Translations under genes and position numbers: made by a program
The notes under the pieces: generated by a model
Told to the model about the DNA's origin: nothing
Databases searched by the model: none
What the model saw: only the letters and a program-made list of their open reading frames with translations
Part shown: in pieces, positions 56,569-58,828 of the stretch
Layout of the letters: each line of letters begins with the position of its first letter
Numbering within the stretch: position 1 is the first letter of the stretch
Source: Candidatus Kapaibacterium sp.
Lineage (GTDB): Bacteria; Bacteroidota; Ignavibacteria; Kapaibacteriales; UBA4661
DNA: 58,828 nt
NCBI GenBank assembly: GCA_036847245.1
Contig: DAIUAL010000002.1
Span: forward strand, 1-58,828
Reading direction: 5' to 3'

Positions 56569-57983
56569 GATACAGTGCGTGTTGCTGAAGTACGAAGTTC
56601 TACCACCGGTGCTGTGAGCAAAGCATGCAGTGCGGCAGCAATATTCTGCTTCGGTAGAGATGTGAACACTACACGCATTGCTTCGCGAATACGGTCGATA
56701 CCAAGATTACCGATGCTGCCAAGATGCGTGTAGGTTGCATTGCGCTCCGGCTTGTAGGTGCCTTCGGCAATCTGCGCACCAATTGTTTGGTAGGCAGTAC
56801 GAAAAGGCATCCCATTCTGCACTAATCGATTCACTTCTTCGACTGTGTAGAGATAGGTATATTTTTCATCATCGAGAATGGTCGTATGCACATCGATATG
56901 ATCCAAACTCATGCGCATCATCGAGAGACAATCCTGCAGGGCATCAATATGAGGAAAGAGATACTCTTTCAAGAGTTGTACGTCACGGTGATACCCGGAA
57001 GGCATACTACTCAACATCATCGTTATCGTATTCGGTAATGCCATAAGAGCATTGGTGCGCGCTCGAATTAACTCAAACACATCAGGATTTTTTTTGTGGG
57101 GCATAATCGACGAACCCGTTGTCAATACATCGGGAAAGCGCACAAAACCATAGTTAGCACTCGTGTAAAGAACGATATCGGTCGCAAGTTTATTCAGGGT
57201 TGCCGCAATGTTTGCCATTGCTTGTGCAGTAATCCGTTCGGACTTTCCTCGTGTCATTTGTGCATATACGGCATTCACATTCACATCAGCAAAACCAAGC
57301 AGTCGTGTGGTGTGCTCACGATCAAGCGGAAATGATGAACCGTATCCTGCAGCGGAACCCAGCGGATTTTTATTGACTACTTCAAGAGCAGAACGCAGAG
57401 TATACATATCATCGCATAAACTTTCAGCATATGCAGAAAACCACAGTCCAAACGACGAAGGCATCGCCACTTGAAAATGCGTATAACCGGGTAGAGAAAC
57501 CTCCGCCTATCGCTCTGCCAGGTCGCATAATTGCTCGCATAATGCCGACACGCTCTCTGCGCACTCAAGCAGAGCAGAGCGTACATAGAGCTTGATATCT
57601 GTCAGGGCTTGATCATTGCGCGAACGACCGCTGTGAATCTTTTTTCCGATATCACCAAGCGCAAGTGTCAATAAGAGTTCAATCTGCGAATGAATATCTT
57701 CAACACCTTCCTCGATAGCAAAATCATCACGCTGCACTACTTCGTATAAAGTGCGCAAGACATGAACAATGTGCTCACATTCCTCAGATGAAAGTAAACC
57801 AATATCGCAGAGCATAATACCATGAGCAATAGAGCCAAGCACATCCCATGGTGCTAGACGCTTATCCATGATACGATCCTCCCCCACGGTAAATCGTTCA
57901 ACATGTTGTGCCAAGAGTGCATCGCTGTCGCTTTGCTCCGAATCGCGTTGCTTTGCCCATAACTTGTGTTGCAGTTGCGCCAT
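56565..57983 (-). pseudogene. argH: Argininosuccinate lyase interrupted by one in-frame TAG (57507..57509)
   Basis: Track ORFs 57507..57983 and 56565..57470 are in the same frame. The minus strand reads ...LAER-TAG-AEVSLPGYTHFQVAMPSSFGLW..., and the signature GSSIMPHKKNPD is present downstream. Confidence 0.85.
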
Positions 57984-58153
57984 ATTGTATCATCGTGGAT
58001 AATGCTTGTTAGCAATGATGAAGAAGAATTCATCAAGAATTTGTCAAACAAATTACGGCAAACTATACCAATTGGGTAATTTTGTATGTCGTTCACACAG
58101 CACGCGCAGACAATCTTTTGCGTCTCTTTTTCGAAATATTGCTTGATACGCTC

Positions 58154-58594
58154 ATGCAGGGAAGCCGCATTCTGATTGAATTCTTTAACTCTGCTGCCTT
58201 GAGTATTAGTGCTTTGCTCTCCTCATGCGAAGTGGTTCGCATTGCTTCGAATGAGCGACAAGCACAGGTTTTGCCGGATATTGATCAGCGATCATCGCAA
58301 GGGGTTGTATATCTCTTTAAGAATGAAATTGACAGCAACAACATCACTGCTGCTGTCCGTGTTTTTGCCAGCGAACAACAACGCCAGTTGCTTGCCATTG
58401 AGAAATACGAAATGAAATTTGATGTTGAACGCTGGGGACGAAGCATTGCCCGCAAAGACATTACCGCATTACGTGCCGATACGATTTCGCCAACCCAGCA
58501 CCTTGTTAAAGCAGAATTTAACTACAACAAAGCGTTGATGTTTAATACTGTTCGCTTAGGCGACAAATGGTTTATTACATCCGTGAAAGAGTAG
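58154..58594 (+). CDS. Hypothetical protein (possibly NTF2/SnoaL-like fold)
   Basis: ORF 58082..58594 opens with TTG; the first ATG is at 58154. It ends with ...GDKWFITSVKE. No firm family. Confidence 0.4.
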   Translation: MQGSRILIEFFNSAALSISALLSSCEVVRIASNERQAQVLPDIDQRSSQGVVYLFKNEIDSNNITAAVRVFASEQQRQLLAIEKYEMKFDVERWGRSIARKDITALRADTISPTQHLVKAEFNYNKALMFNTVRLGDKWFITSVKE

Positions 58595-58601
58595 TCGCCC
58601 T

Positions 58602-58828
58602 ATGCCGCGCCACTACTATACACTTGCTCATATTGTACGTGCAACACAGAAGTATTGCGGAGCATATATCACCGAGTGCTATTCCCAAGAAAAAAATGTT
58701 CTCGTTCTCACTCTCGAAGATACTACACGATTTCCACAGCCCGTTCATCTCGTATGCGAATGTGATGCACGTCTTGGTGTGTTTGTGCTTCGTACCGGAT
58801 TGCATCAAGCCCGTACGAATGTCATACA
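58602..58828 (+). CDS. NFACT/DUF814-family protein, N-terminal fragment (runs off the window)
   Basis: An open frame from the ATG at 58602 reads MPRHYYTLAHIVRATQKYCGAYITECYSQEKNVLVLTLED.... This resembles the N-terminus of Bacteroidetes-type NFACT (RqcH/FbpA-like) proteins. It is not in the ORF track because no stop occurs before the window end. Confidence 0.5.
   Translation, partial: MPRHYYTLAHIVRATQKYCGAYITECYSQEKNVLVLTLEDTTRFPQPVHLVCECDARLGVFVLRTGLHQARTNVI

Noticed and set aside
57507-57509. TAG reassignment or alternative genetic code as the explanation for the argH stop
   Set aside because: Several well-defined genes of normal length end in TAG: comM at 13053, blaI at 31934, the NAD-binding gene at 4826, the flippase at 18994 and the hypothetical at 28378. 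No other gene in the window is split by TAG, and no pyl genes are seen.
1-58828. Mobile elements, prophage, genomic-island boundaries, tRNA/rRNA genes
   Set aside because: I recognised no transposase, integrase, recombinase or phage-like ORF, no long terminal inverted or direct repeats, and no tRNA-like cloverleaf in the intergenic regions. This was an eye scan only; tRNAscan or Infernal would be needed for a definitive negative.

Overview
This is a 58.8-kb, densely coding stretch of bacterial chromosome with about 57 protein genes. By eye I found no rRNA, tRNA, CRISPR array, transposase, integrase or phage gene. The gene content suggests an FCB-superphylum organism (Bacteroidota/Ignavibacteriota/Chlorobiota-like). 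That inference rests on two T9SS C-terminal sorting domains, a secreted TldD/PmbA pair, Bacteroidetes-like class A beta-lactamase and ArgH motifs, and a type-2 IDI. Most genes are housekeeping: yebC, fni plus a polyprenyl synthase, relA/spoT, aguB, comM, purK, purU, lptB, meaB, two FKBP isomerases, pirin, adenosine kinase, ddl, family-4 UDG, gpmA, methylmalonyl-CoA epimerase, pfkA, dut, an argE-like M20 peptidase and argH. Nine loci are not ordinary. (1) A blaI-like repressor and M56 BlaR1-like transducer operon (28.3-32.6 kb), where the transducer's sensor domain is replaced by 13 tandem 26-aa HhH-like repeats. The operon starts behind three TACGAA-N4-TTCGTA dyads, includes an unknown secreted protein, and ends at a strong terminator. 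(2) A CHASE-PAS sensor with a degenerate histidine-kinase core (phospho-His replaced by Phe). (3) A lipoprotein that keeps all six copper ligands of the PHM/DBH monooxygenase fold, fused to a PSCyt-like CX4CH module. (4) argH interrupted by a single in-frame TAG, followed by a CgeB-like glycosyltransferase gene overlapping its stop. (5) Two tandem 382-aa T9SS cargo paralogs whose C-terminal domains stay about 87% identical in DNA. (6) A Gln-rich 128-aa protein with a flagellin/YjfB-like C-terminal helix. (7) A tail-anchored coiled-coil protein. (8) An HhH-plus-beta-barrel outer-membrane candidate. (9) A perfect 24-bp tandem duplication that overlaps a terminator. All family assignments come from motif recognition by eye; no database search was run.
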